From assembly GCA_943704425.1 (NCBI GenBank), contig CALSCP010002399.1, positions 23,014 through 87,013 on the forward strand: 64,000 bases of DNA, in the 5' to 3' direction. This stretch comes from Ministeria vibrans ATCC 50519. Lineage: Eukaryota; Protista; Filasterea. The notes below the pieces were generated by a model. The model made no database searches. It was not told where the DNA came from and worked only from the letters and a program-made list of their open reading frames with translations. The position numbers and the translations under genes were made by a program. Of the stretch, positions 1-13,321 are shown piece by piece; within the stretch, counting starts at the first letter, position 1, and each line of letters starts with the position of its first letter.

Positions 1-90
1 GTACGATGATTTAGAACTGGTGGACGACAATGACCGGGCAATGACCGCCCTCGTGACGGTGCGTAGAGACATCACCGATGATTGCATCAT
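1..90 (-). CDS. 5' end of a gene running off the window; probable mitochondrial presequence
   Basis: ATG at 90 reads MMQSSVMSLRTVTRAVIARSLSSTSSKSSY..., which is Ser/Arg-rich with no acidic residues, and follows an AT-rich tract. Confidence 0.45.
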   Translation of the reverse strand, partial: MMQSSVMSLRTVTRAVIARSLSSTSSKSSY

Positions 91-381
91 GGTAAAGCAA
101 ACGTAAAATAATAATAATAATTTATATTTCTAATTTCCGATCTCCGAATGACCGAATTCCCGTCCTGTTGTAATGAGTAAATTGAATACCGGTTGATCGC
201 ACTTCCAAACTCCAAATAAGAGTCGTCCTGGGCTAAGCACTCTTTTGTTCAAATTTCGCTTCATGGTTCTGAGCTGTTGTGGATCTGTTTGTGGCGTCGC
301 TTGGTGTTGTCGCTTCGTTGTGATTTGACTTTTTCTTCTTCTTCAAAATCATTCATTAATTAAAGGGTTGTCTTCATTTAT

Positions 382-703
382 TTATTGCGTTCGCCGAATG
401 AGACCGTGCTCACTGAGAGCGGCCAAACACTTGGCGGCCGATTCTTTGACGGCGGGCTCTTCCTGAGGGTTGGCAAACACAGCTGTGACCACCTCGAGTG
501 CGTCGTCTTTGTTCATGAACTGGACAAACAAAAGCACAAAAAATTAGACAGGTCGTCTCCTCTCTTTGCTCCTCTACCTGCTCGGCAAGCTCACGCGAGT
601 GACGCAACAGATTCTGAATGACATGCAGAGCACGCACCTTGAGCTCCTTCTCACGCACAAGCATCTCCTTGAGAATCTGCACTGCTTGTTCGTGCGCCAG
701 CAT
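382..703 (-). CDS. UNC45: UNC-45/UCS myosin chaperone, C-terminal 87 aa only (exons 703-578, 519-382)
   Basis: The spliced product ...ILKEMLVREKELKVRALHVIQNLLRHSRELAEQFMNKDDALEVVTAV...VKESAAKCLAALSEHGLIR resembles the UNC-45 C-terminus (ELQHRG..V.NM...SREIA..LME...AAACL..A.EYGLI). GT-AG intron at 577-520. Confidence 0.7.
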
Positions 704-741
704 CTAACAGAACAGCCAAGAGGAGTGAGAGAGGAGAACAG

Positions 742-773
<32 letters not shown>

Positions 774-1490
774 AAAAAAAAAGCTAATGCGAAAAAAAGA
801 GAGCTGATGGGGCGAAAGGTAGCAAGCTAGAAACCCCTTACGAGACAAGAGATCGGCAGGGCGCGTGCCGAAGGAGCGGGCGATTGCGTGAAACGAGCGG
901 TTTTTCAAATGGAAAGAAAAAAACGAGCTGATAAAATCGAATGGGAGAGGATAGGCGCACATGCTGCGGGGCAAGGGCTTGAGCACGGCACCCGGATGGG
1001 GTGCGTGGGGTACGGGTGCGACTGGGACACCTGTGCGTTTGACATGACGACAAGAAACGTCTGCTGCTCTTTTTTTTTCTCCCCTTTGAAAGTGGTCTAG
1101 CGCCGGAGTGGAGGGCGGGTGCGTCCATGCGCGCAGCCAAGGTTGCAGCGGGGCCCGGGGAGCGGGCGGTGGGGCCGGCAGAAGCGCGGCAGGGCGCCGA
1201 GGAGCATGGGAGCGGGCGAGTGACAGATGGGAGGAGCATGAGACGGTACCTGAAGGATAGAACGCGCAAAGGAGGCCGACGAAAGCAGCTCAGGAGTCTG
1301 AGACGCGGTTTCACAGCCACAAAACGAAAGTCAAAAGTTTGGTCTTTGATAGTTTGATTCGTTAATAAATCGTTCCGTCTGTGCTTATGCGACAAAGTGA
1401 TCGAGAAATCAATTTGCAATCAATCAGCATTCTCTTCCCTCCTTCCCTTCCCGAGCCCCGTCAACTTGCTTGAGGCACTCGGGGAAGACT

Positions 1491-2716
1491 ATGTTTGGAA
1501 GATCGTTAACGCCGGCTGCAGCAGGTGAGGAGAGAGAGAGGAGAGAGAGAGATTGAGAGAGAGGATTCCGTTTTCTGTCCCACACCTCGTCAGGGGTTTC
1601 CCGTTCTCTCAGCTCACTCACCCGTGTCGTCTGTCCTTGTGACGCTGGAGCTCTTTTGTTGTTGTTTGCTTTTTTTTTTTTTTTTTGAAGCATTCAGAAA
1701 TGGTTCGTTTGGGCTTTTTTTTTTCACGTCTTCGTTTTGCGCTCTTGTCGTGTTCTCAGCTCACCCTTTACCATTGTTTCTCTGTGCAGCGGTTCGTTCT
1801 GCGCGATTCTTACACTCGGCCCCGAAAGCGCTTGCGGCTGTGCCCGCTAAGGAGCCCGAACAGGTTGAGGTTTTCGTCGACGGGCAAAGTGTCAAAGTTG
1901 CGCCTGGCTCGTCGATTTTACTGGTAAGCCCGCGGTTTTCGTCTGCGCTGTGTGTTGTCCCGATCTCTTTACTCCTATGGCGCGCTTCTGCTGTTGATTT
2001 CGAGCCAGGTTTTATGGGGTTTTAACGTCACTTTGAAAAAAAAAAACGCGTTTGCTCTCTTGGCACTCTCTTATGGCTCACATCTACTCATTCTCTCTCT
2101 CACTCTCACACTCTCTTTTTTCTAGGCATGCGAGAAGGTTGGCGTTGAGATACCTCGATTCTGCTACCACGAGCGCCTTGCCATTGCCGGCAACTGTCGC
2201 ATGTGTCTGGTGGAGGTGGAGAAGTCGCCGAAGCCTGTGGCGTCGTGTGCGATGCCTGTGATGCCTGGCATGAAAATCAAGACCAACACGCCCATCGCAA
2301 AGAAGGCGCGTGAAGGTGTGATGGAGTTTCTCCTTGTAAACCATCCTCTTGACTGTCCCATTTGCGATCAGGTGCACAACTATTATCAAATGTAATATTA
2401 TTAATAATGTTTCATTCTTCATTTGTTAGGCTGGCGAGTGTGATTTGCAGGATCAGTCGATGGGCTTTGGCAGCGATCGATCGCGCTTTGTGGACAACGT
2501 GTTCTCAGGCAAGCGTGCGGTGGAGGACAAGAACATTGGACCGCTGGTGAAGACGGTGATGACGCGCTGCATCCACTGCACGCGATGTGTGCGGTTTGGC
2601 GCGGACATTGCGGGCGTGGAGACGCTGGGCACGACGGGCCGTGGCTCAGACATGCAGGTATGTTAGAGAGTACGAGAGGGAGTAAGAGACGTGTGTGCCT
2701 TTGTGGTGTGTGTTGT

Positions 2717-2758
<42 letters not shown>

Positions 2759-4584
2759 TCGTGCGCGCGCTAGTATGTGCTCGTATGTGCATTGTACTTT
2801 TTGTGCTTAGTGTGAGCATATTGATATGTCTGATTGTTTTCTCTCTCTGTGACAGATTGGGACCTATGTTGAGAAAATGTTCAAGAGTGAGCTGTCGGGC
2901 AACATTGTCGACCTGTGTCCCGTCGGAGCTCTGACCAACAAGCCGTACGCGTTTACGGCGCGCCCATGGGAGCTGCGGACGACGGAGAGCATTGATGTGT
3001 TTGATGCGGTGGGCAGCAACATCCGAGTGAACACGCGTGCGGGTGAGGTCATGCGGGTCCTGCCGCGTATCAACGACCATGTCAACGAGGAGTGGCTTGC
3101 CGACAAGAGGTATGCACGCGTTCTCGTTCTGTTCTGTTTCTATTCTGTTCCCTTGCGTGTTTTTTTTTTGTTTGTTTTTTCTTTTGCATGTGGTCTGGAC
3201 TGATTGTTGTTTTAGTCGATATGCAGTGGATGGACTGAAGCGACAGCGTCTGACGTCGCCAATGATGAAGGTGGACGGGCGGCTGCAGGGAGTGTCGTGG
3301 GAGACTGCACTGGAGGCGGTTGCGGCGCGGTTGAAGCAGACAGGCGCGGACAAGACGGCGCTAGTGGCGGGCGGGATGGCTGATGCAGAGGCACTGGTCG
3401 CGTACAAGGATCTGCTGGGCGGACGCAATGTGTTTATTGGAGACAATGTGCCGGCAACGGGTCGTGATGGCGAGGCGCGTGTGCGTGCGTCATACCTGTT
3501 CAACAGCCGCATTATTGGTGTCGAAGAGGCCGATGTCATTCTGTTGGTGGGCACCAACCCGCGCTACGAGGCACCGCTCGTCAACTCGCGCATCCGCAAG
3601 GCGTATGTGCAGACCGAGCCTCGCATTGGCGTTGTGGGCGACGTGGGCACGCTCAACTATGGTGCAGAGTCGCTCGGTACGACCGCGTCGGTGCTAAAGG
3701 ATCTTGCGAGCGGCAAGGGCGCTTTTGCGGATGTGCTGAGCAAGGCCAAGCGACCCATGATCATTGTGGGCACGGCGGGACTGCAAGGCCGCGCGGATGC
3801 AGCTGCCGTCATGGCACTGGCACAGAAGATTGCACTGCGCTGCACGAGCGCCGACAAGGACTGGCAGCCGTTTAATGTGCTGCACTCACAGGCGAGCACA
3901 GTTGCGGCGCTCGACTTGGGCTATACCCCCGCTGCAGACACACACCTTGCCGCGATCAAGCCCAACCTGCTCTTTATGTATGGCGCCGATGATGAGCGTG
4001 TCTCTCGCGCCACTCTTCCCAAAGACTGTTTCGTCGTGTACCAGGTATCATCAAACAACGACAGTGGAGCAACGACAACTCCACAGACGTACTAATAATA
4101 ATATAATATATTTTTTGTGTGCTTTATGTAGGGCCATCATGGTGACCACGGAGCACACATGGCGGATGTGATCCTTCCTGGTGCAGCCTATACGGAAAAG
4201 GATGGGACGTACGCCAACACGGAGGGCCGCAGTCAGACGACGCGTCGTGCGGTGACACCACCAGGCATGGCACGCGAGGACTGGAAGATTGTACGTGCAC
4301 TGAGTGAGTTTGCGGACGCCCCACTGCCGTACGACACACTCGGCGAGGTGCGAAGCCGGCTGTTTAAAGCAGCACCGCACCTGGAGCACTATGAGTCGAT
4401 TGTGAGCACGGGTGAGACGCTCCCGGCGCCTACGGTGCCCACAACGGCTGTGCTCAAGGAGCCCTTGAGGCCGCCCATGCGTGCTCTGCGTGACTACTAC
4501 CGCACTGATCCCATCAGCCGTGCCTCCAAGGTTATGGCCGAGTGCGTTGAGAGTGTGGACGAGATGCCCGGCGAGGAGTGTTGA
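1491..4584 (+). CDS. NDUFS1: NADH:ubiquinone oxidoreductase 75 kDa Fe-S subunit, multi-exon
   Basis: Exons encode [71 protein letters not shown] and [16 protein letters not shown] at 1491; first intron 1525-1789. Confidence 0.97.
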
Positions 4585-5250
4585 AAGAAGAAGGAGAGAG
4601 AAAAGGAGAGTGAACAATCTGTGTGGGTGAGAGAGGGACAATTTTTCGAGAGAATGAAAAAGAAAACAAACGAAATTTAACCAGAGATTGTTATTTTCTA
4701 CCTCTTCTTCTTCTTCTTCTTCACAACCTCCTTCGTCACTATTGGTTCTAGGATTGAATTAATGGTTCTTCTTTTGTAATTTTCATCTTCTTCGTCAGAT
4801 AATCAGTCTGTCCTCGCTCCGGCGCTTTCTCTCGGGTCTCGAGTCTCGACGCTCGTGCGAATGAGTCGTGTACTGAGTAGCGTCGAAAGTGGTTCTGAGT
4901 TGTTTGTCTTGTCGCTTTTCGTTTGTCATTCAGAAATGAGTAGAAAAAAGAATAACTCCTTCACACATTGGACTGAGTCCATTCCCCAGTTAGGGAGTCA
5001 CCCAGATAGTCCGTTGCCAACAACTTGCCGTTTATTTGCCAATAGGCCAGTACTTTCCAGTCATCAAATATCAATGAATATTCAGAAGAAGAGAATCTGA
5101 TTGGTTGAAGATTGAATTTTTTTTCTTCTGATTATTTTCGCACCTTTTCCGAGATATTCACGACAGAGTCTCTCGTCCGATCTCAGCCAATCCTATTCAT
5201 TCTTTCTCTTTTTTTTTATAACCCTGAAGCAAGGTTGACCAGAGTGGAAC

Positions 5251-7712
5251 ATGGACGGCACAGCCATGGATACGGGGCCCGAAGCGGGGCTGCCCCGGCG
5301 GACTGAGGTGGCGCGCGATCAAGACGCCGCCTGCTACCTCGACGAGGACGCCATCTCGCAGATGCTTATCGATGAGCGACTCTACATGGTACGATCTACT
5401 AGTTTTCCGCTCTTGCGGCCCGCCGGATTGCCATGTCTTGCCGCGTTGGCGCTTGGAGAAAAAAAAAAAAAGACCCATTCCCATGATGTTGTGTCTCACG
5501 CGCCATTGGGTGTGTTTCAGGCGGATTCCCAGTACCTGGCTACTGTTCAGGGTAACACCATCCGTCCATGGATGCGACAGGAGCTTTGCGAATGGATTTT
5601 GGAGGTACGAGCGTTTTTTTTTCGGTCGCGCATGTTTTGGCATGTTGCTTTTTGCTTTGCCAAGTTCGCCATGAGCATTTTCGCCGGGTCCCGTCCCCTA
5701 TCGTTTGCAGCAAGTGCTTGCAGTCTGTGGTCTGTGTCGTGTGGTTCTGCGTCGCGTGCGATTCGTCGCCTAGCGGCTCCCCTGACCGCTTTTGTCGCGA
5801 GCTGTCAACATCAGACGATTTTTTTTTTTGCAAGTTTTCGCTGGCATGGTCGTTGTAGACGCCATCGGCTGAAACATTTTGCTGGAGTAGCACCGTGTTG
5901 CTTTCACGGGCCCATACATAGCGGATTCTGCGCCGTAGCGGGTGTCGTCGGGCCGCGTGCCTCACATAAAAAAAAAGGTTTTTTTTTTTGCTGGAGGATT
6001 GCTCATCGCTCCGCCGTGCTCTTCTTGCGATATTCTCTGCATGGGGCCATTTTGGCGATTGCATCGCTGGTGGTGGTGCGAGAAGGGCTCGTCGGCGCGT
6101 CCAACGGAGCTGGATCCCTCGTTTCTTCGGCCGACTGCCGCAATATCACTGCAGCGTACACGGCCCATTGTGGCCCCGGTTTCCTCGGACACCACTAGAA
6201 ATACGCCGGCGCACCCCTGGCCTCCAGGAGTTTTCGGTTTGCGTGCGAATCCGCCGGTGGTGGTGTCTGTTCCACTGCAATGTGTGAAAAAAAACACCAT
6301 CGTTCTGCCGCTGTCGATTCCATCTTGTGACCCCTGCGATCTGCGCCTCGTGTCTACTTGCGCTTTACTCTACCCCTCCCCTTGAGATTCTCTCCGGGAT
6401 TTCGTCGCGATCAGTCGCTTTGGCCTCTGAAAAAGAAAAAAAAAGAAAACACACCACCAAAAAAAAACGAGTCTCTCTGTTGTTTGATACCCCTCGGGCT
6501 GTGTCACTCGCGCACATGACGCTGGACGGTGTTTTTTATGCGTCCCTATCTTGCTTGGCCCTTCACCGCACTTTATTTCCATTGCCCAATGACTGGTCTT
6601 CTTTGTTTACTTTGTGTTTTGTCGTTTTTTTTATCATCTTTTTTTTTTTGTTGATTTTTTTTTTTTCGTTTGTAGGTGGCTGATTTGTACCGGGTGAGCA
6701 CGGATATATATGGGTTGGCAGTGAACCTGGTGGATCGATGTTTGTCGCGCTTTCCTCTGGAAACGCGTCATCTCCAACTGTTGGGCGCAATGTGCCTGCA
6801 AGTCGCGTGCAAGCTGAAGGAATCCACTGCTCTGAGTGTAAGCATTGCTTACTACCTGTGCACCATCTTTCCATCGCTTGTTTCCTTACTCTTTTTTGTT
6901 TTTTTTTGTTGTTTTTTTTGTATTTCTTTGCTTGGTAGACGGCGGAATTGATCGCGTTCTCAGACAATGCGTTTACATTTGAGCAAGCGCGTATTATGGA
7001 ACACACAGTGCTAGAGCGTCTGGACTGGAGACTGTCGGCCGTGACGCCACACGACTGGCTCGAAGTGTTGTTGTGCCGCAGTCAGTTTTCGCCCGAGGTG
7101 TCTCATGCGCTGCGCCACGACGCACGTCACTTTATTGACATGGCACTCACACGCTATGTGTCGTTGGGGTTCAGTCCATCGCTCATTGCCAGTGCTGCAC
7201 TGCTCAATGCGGCCGACTATGCAGCGCCTGCCTTGCCTCTCACACTCATTGGTCGTCTGCCCGCGGTCATTGTCCATCTGTTGCGTCTCCATAACGACCG
7301 TCGTCTGTTCAAGTGCACACGCATGCTCAGACGCATTATTGTCGCACTCACACAGCAACAGCAACAACAACCAGAGAGCGAAGATGAAGACAACGCAGAT
7401 GACGGCAACGACGACGACAACCACAACCGTCACCGCCAACGCAACAATAGCGAGGGCGGGGAGGAGGAAGGCGGCAACGACAGCGGCAGCCATGTTAACA
7501 ACGGCAACAGCAATCCAGGTAGCGCCACGCAGCAACCTCCACCACCGCCTCCGCCCCAGCGTCTTCCGCACGCCTCTGTGTCGCAGAGTGAGCTGTCCAC
7601 CCCCGAGTCCTCTCGCGCCAGTTCCTCCCATGACAACAGTGCCAGTCCTCTCTTCTTCGCTCCCATTCCCCTCTCCCATGAAACTGCCTATCACGCCTCT
7701 CTTGCCATGTAA
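5251..7712 (+). CDS. G1 cyclin, cyclin D-like (exons ~5251-5388, 5521-5604, 6676-6837, 6939-7712)
   Basis: Cyclin box MRQELCEWILEV...AVNLVDRCLS...LQLLGAMCLQVACKLKE...MEHTVLERLDWRLSAVTPHDW, followed by a PEST-like tail. Confidence 0.88.
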
Positions 7713-7811
7713 TTCTGTAACACTATATACAACACAGGAATGTTTGTTGTTTTTCTTTTTTTCTTTTTTTTTTTCTTTTTTTTTTCTATTTCTGTTGGAT
7801 GAGACGGAATT

Positions 7812-9422
7812 TCAATCGGAGTGGAAATCCTCATCGCCAATGAAGTCGGCGTCGCTATCGTCGGCGCCCGTCACGATGCGGTCCATGTCGTCGGCATCAA
7901 ACACGGGCGGGGGCGGGGCGGCAAAGGCAGGTGCAGGCGGAATGGGGGCGGCCGAGGGCGGCAGGGGCGGCGGCGGCCGAGCAAGCAGAGGCGAGGTGGC
8001 GAGCGGTGGAGGCGGTGGAAGGCGCAGGTCAAGGATGGCCACCTCGTCTCGCGTCATAATGTGGATTTTAAAAGGCGATCCTGGAACTATGTTGTCGTTG
8101 ACCGAGATCGACACAGTATATTCTCCTAAATCATACACAAACGCAAAAAGACGCAATAATAATTGATAATAATTAAAATAATAATAAACGATTTCTTCTC
8201 CTTCAATAATCGTACCTGCTGTCATGGGTAAGTATTCTGTCTCCCATACGCCCAGATCTGTTTCGGCGATGGTCACCTACAAAGAAAACAACGTAATAAG
8301 AGAGAGATAGAAAATGCTCTGTATAAAAAAAACACAATAATAATAATAATAATTATTATTATTATTATTATTATTATAATTATCAAAAATTTACCACTGG
8401 TTTTAACCCTTTGCACTGAACTGTCACTGAACACGAGCCACCAATGCTCGGCTCCTACAAATCCAATATAAAAACAATGACAAAGGCGTCGTTCGTGTCA
8501 GCGTCGCATTACCTGTCGGACGGAGAAACGGGCTAGCTCGCCAGTGCGCCCTTGGATGAGACCGTTTCCTTGGAGATAGATAGTACAATCGGGGAGGATG
8601 CGAGGATAGGGTTTTCCGTGAGGATAGGACTCGGCCGGGGGCTTGGGTGTCTTCTTCTTCTTTGCCTTGAGCGAGTACATAGGGCGCTGCGGTTCCAAGT
8701 CGGTTTCGTCGAATTCCTCGAGGAAGCGACCGCTCGTGTTCGTTTCCGCGTCCACACCAACTCCCGTGCTTGTACCAATGCCCGCTGTGGCAGTCTTCTT
8801 TGGAAGGGTGTCTCCCTCGAGAACTTGGGCGTGCGTCGACAGGTCCGCATTGTCCTAAAAACATCCAATTACATGAGAAAAGCCAGTGGAATTGTTTGAG
8901 GTTTCGTACGTTCGGTCTGCGATACCGCAGGGTTCCTTGGTCGAACGGAGCTGCATCGGAGAGGCCACCGTCGTCTGTGGTGTCGTCAGCGACAAAGGAA
9001 GTGCGACGATGTGGAGGGTGTGCGCGTAGAGCAGGCTGTGACTGACTGGTCGGCAGCATGTTGAGGAGCTCGGCGATGGTGTCGTTAGTCGAGTGGACGG
9101 TCTTGACGACGTGTGTGCTGCCAGGTGTGGGCACAAGCACTTCGGATGTTCTAACGTTTGCGTGGTAGGCTGAGTACATGGAGGAGTGTCGTGTGGGTGG
9201 GCCCTGCATGCTTGTGGTTCGGGTGTTGCAGGACACGCGCGAGTCCCACTTGTGAATGAGCGTTTCGAGTCTCTCGCAGTCGTTGTCTGTCTCCCACTTT
9301 GTTGAGCTGGTACGCCGCGCACGGCGGCAGATGTAGATAAAGTACAGCGTAATGGCTACAATGACGACACCGACGGCCATAAAGGTCCAGCCTACTTTGT
9401 TCTTGTCGTCCCAAAACGACAT
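7812..9422 (-). CDS. Single-pass membrane protein with a filamin-type Ig repeat and a proline-rich tail
   Basis: N-terminal TM segment GWTFMAVGVVIVAITLYFIYIC followed by RRARR. Spliced filamin motifs GNGLIQGRTGELARFSV, YLPMTAGEYTVSISVND, VPGSPFKIHI. Confidence 0.7.
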
Positions 9423-10854
9423 GGTGCCAACAGGTGAACTTTCTACAATTGAGAGGGCACTTTTTGAGTCGTGACAAGAAGAGCGTGAAGCGGGCACGTG
9501 TATGGTTGGCCGAGGAGGGGAGAGGAGAGTCAATGCCGTGTCCAAGGGGGAGGGAGAGGGCGAGAGAGGGGCCGGGTGGGAGGAGGAGGAGAGAGAGAGA
9601 GAGAAGGAAATGGCTGTGCAGTGCATCTTATGTTTGCAGAGCACAGCTCGAACAGGCTGGGCGAGAGATGGCGCGTTGCGAGACGCAGGAGAAGACCAAG
9701 GACGGTCTGCTGGGCGGGGGCACGGGTGGCATGAGGGAAGCAAGCGGTCGTATTTTGACATCGAATGCGAAGAGGAATTTGTTTTTTTTTTGCAACGTCA
9801 CAAAGACTGTTTTAAGTGAGCGAAACTTACTTGAATGGCAGTTAAGTGGCCGTTGGTGTTGAGGGCCGACTCACTGCTGAGTGACTAAGGCTGGCCAAGA
9901 CTACAGTTGGACTACTTGGGGCTTAGTAGTCTGAAGTCTCTTAAAAATTGAAATAAATGAAAATATTAATGAGTGAATATCTTTAATTAATTACCAATTT
10001 TCCCCAGTCAGTTTCTTTTTCTTCGCTTGTTCGTCTCTCAAATCTCAATACGCTTGCAAAGTATGCGACCTTGACGTCTCCAAGTTTCTTCCCGCCGTCC
10101 AACACAAGCCCCAAGACGCTTTCGCTGAAAGAGGACGATCACAGATTCCAGTCACACTTATGTTTCAAAATTCTTATGAATAAGTGGCGACAATTAACCT
10201 AATAAACCAAATCTTTTCCGTTATTCACAGCGTTCCTTTTCTTCTAATATACTAAATTATACTTATAGAAAAAAAGATGCAGCGCACCTCCATGCTACTC
10301 ATGATACAGTGCAATCGCCATCCTTTGCGGCAATCAATAGTATAATTTTGATGTAGAACCGGCAAGTGTCTCTTGCACTTCATAGGCCATAGAAATGCCA
10401 TTACTGCCAGCAGTTCAACAATATATAAATCCGACGGGACGGGTGGTAAAGTATTGAAAGTAATAGTAAAAATAATAATCATGGTTTGATTGATTTTCTT
10501 CTATTCAATATGACAAAAGCAGTTGACATCCATATCAAATCTCTACATTCGTCGGTCTGCAAGACGTCCGCTTGGTTCGGCGCAAGCGGCGCAAGCGGGG
10601 TTCAGCGCTGTGTGTTGGCGAGTGAGTGAGGGTGAGAGTTGGATTCAAACCAGTCTTAAATAGGCCAATAAGGCCATAGCGATAACGACTTAAGGAGTAG
10701 CTGAGCACGACAAAGAGGTCGCAAAGAAGGTGAAGAAGATTGCCGATTAAATAGTTATCAGTTGTGACAGTTGATCTCGTGAAATCTGATTTATCTGAAC
10801 AGATACTGAAATAACTGATTACTGAACACACTTTTGTCAACGAACAGGGTCAAG

Positions 10855-12890
10855 ATGGCGTCACTGTTGCAGGATGGAATTGACTGGTACAAGGATGCCA
10901 TGACGAAGGGAGGTAACGAACGACGGAAGGAACGAACAAACGAAGGTCGTTGATGACTTTGCTGCTGTGCTGTGCGGGGGCACACGCCGAACCCTCGACC
11001 GTGCAGGCGGGGGTGCTCGCTGCAGCATATCCAAGGGCGCATTCTAACAGACGCGACTTGTCTCACTCTCTCACTTACTCACTCACTCTCTCTCTCTCTC
11101 GCGCGCGCCCTCCGCCAGATCCCCGTGTCGCCGACTGGTTCCTCATGCAGGAGTTCTACGTCACGTTTCTCATCTCCATCGGCTACTACCTGAGCATCCC
11201 TCTCGGCATGTGGATTATGAAGGGTAACCACCACTCATGGCCAACCCGATCACCTGAAATGATTTTTTTTTGGGGGTGTTGGGGATGTCCGTTTTTTGCT
11301 CACTGCTCTCCTCGTCTCGCCTCCCGCCCAGATCGCGCTCCACTTCACGTCAAGCCCCTGGCCGCCATCTACAACCTGGCCATGGTGTTTTTGTCGGCTT
11401 ACATGTTCTACGAGGTGAGCAGTGGTGAAAGAACGTGAATTTGTCACTTTGATGCCGCACGTGAAAATGACTATGCCGCCGCATTGCTGGCCACGGTCGC
11501 CGGGCGGGCCCACTATCACTGCAAAGCTGCTTAATCAAGCGCAACATGGCGGCTGTAGGCCTCGCCACGTCGCTTGATCGGTGTGTCGGGATTTGCGATC
11601 AATCTCAAGATCGCACACACACATTTCATTGTACATTATGATATAATTGTTATTATGACAAGTGCAATCGACCAACTCGCGTGGCACCTCACCCAGCCAA
11701 ACCCACACCGCGCTCATCAAAAACAAACGGTGTGCTCTTCCTCTCTTTAAAAACTTTTTGTTTTGTTTCGTCCTTCTTTGTGTGCAGATGTGGATTCCGA
11801 CGTTTGCTCTTGGCTGTCGATTCGAATCCATGTGCTGCCCCGTCGACTACTCAGACAATCCATATGCCATTCGCGTAGGGCAAAAAATGACTTGACAAGA
11901 AAATCAACTCATCTTATTATTGTGTGTGTGAACGTGTCTGAATGATGTGTGTGTTTTAGGCGGCCAAAGCAGTTTGGTGGTACTATTTCTCTAAAGCCAT
12001 TGAGTTTCTGGACACGTGGTTTATGATTGCGGGAAAGAAGTTCAACCAAGTCACGTTTCTCCACTGTTACCACCACGGTACAATCGCATAAGACACATAT
12101 TAGATGTTATGTGGTATTTGTGTTGTGCTTAGGAGTTGGTTTGTAGTTATTGTGCGTGTTTCATGCGTTACGTGTGTTGTGTAGTGTATGTGTTTATATG
12201 TTGGTGTTGTGTGATATGTGATCAGCATGCGGCATCATATGTGATAGAGCTAGAGAGTGACTGATGATTTGGGTCTTTTTCGAGTGATGTTGATTGACGT
12301 GCGTGTGTGGTAGGGACGATGTTGTCCATTTGGTGGATTGGGGCAAAGTATGTTGGCGGAGGAAACAGTGTTGTGCCCGCCGGAACCAACTGTTTTGTGT
12401 AAGAGATCAAACAAATGGAAAAGACACTCACGCAAAATATGACTGATTTTTTGTGTTGTGGTGCCTGTCTCTTAGTCATGTCGTGATGTATCTGTACTAC
12501 TTCCTGTCTGCCATTGGAGTGAGAGTCTGGTGGAAGAAATACGTCACTCAACTACAATTGGTACGAACGCACAGCACAAGCCCGTTGCTTTGAATCCTAG
12601 CCCTAGCCCTAATATCATAACCCAAACATGCCAACATGATCTCAACCCCAAACGAGCTTCTCACACCCACACCCACGTACGCACACACACTCTCTTCCCC
12701 TGCACAGGCTCAGTTCTTTATCATGCTTGGATTTGCCGTGACGGGCTTTGTCATCGACTGTGACTACCCCCGCTGGATGGCGTACGCCCTTGCCGCCTAC
12801 ATGCTCTCCCTCATCGTCCTCTTCATGAACTTCTACCGCCATGCCTACAACAAGAGCCAGGAAGAGAAGAAGAAGAAGAAGGCGCAGTAA
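10855..12890 (+). CDS. ELOVL: Very-long-chain fatty acid elongase (GNS1/SUR4 family)
   Basis: [62 protein letters not shown] and LFMNFY motifs across about 8 exons; C-terminal di-lysine ER signal. Confidence 0.95.
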
Positions 12891-12972
12891 ACTTCTTTGT
12901 TCATTTCATTTCAATTACTTCTTAAAACTCTTTTTAACGGCACTTTTATTAAAGCTGGCTCCAGTGATCCTG

Positions 12973-13005
<33 letters not shown>

Positions 13006-13321
13006 CAGCCAACCTGTCTCCGCTCCCTCTGACCCTCTCGACGCTTCCGTAGCTTAAAAAGTGGATCTGACCTGTTTGCGTTATCGCTTTTTTGTTTGTG
13101 ATTGATAAGTTGTTACTTTTATTGATAAAAAGGTCTATTTCTCTTTTCTATGTGTTTATGGGTGCTCCATCTTCTTGGGGCTAGCCTATAGCGAAAGTAT
13201 TGTGTTACTTTCATTGCATTATTTTTCATCTCCTGGCTAGGAGTAAATTTTTCCTTTCATTAACTTATTTTTTTTTCTTCTCTCCTTCTTCTCTCTTGCA
13301 CCAGTCGCCACCAGATCTTTA

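Noticed and set aside
5251-6198. 315-aa ORF as a single protein
   Set aside because: It reads through cyclin introns; only the first two exons are coding.
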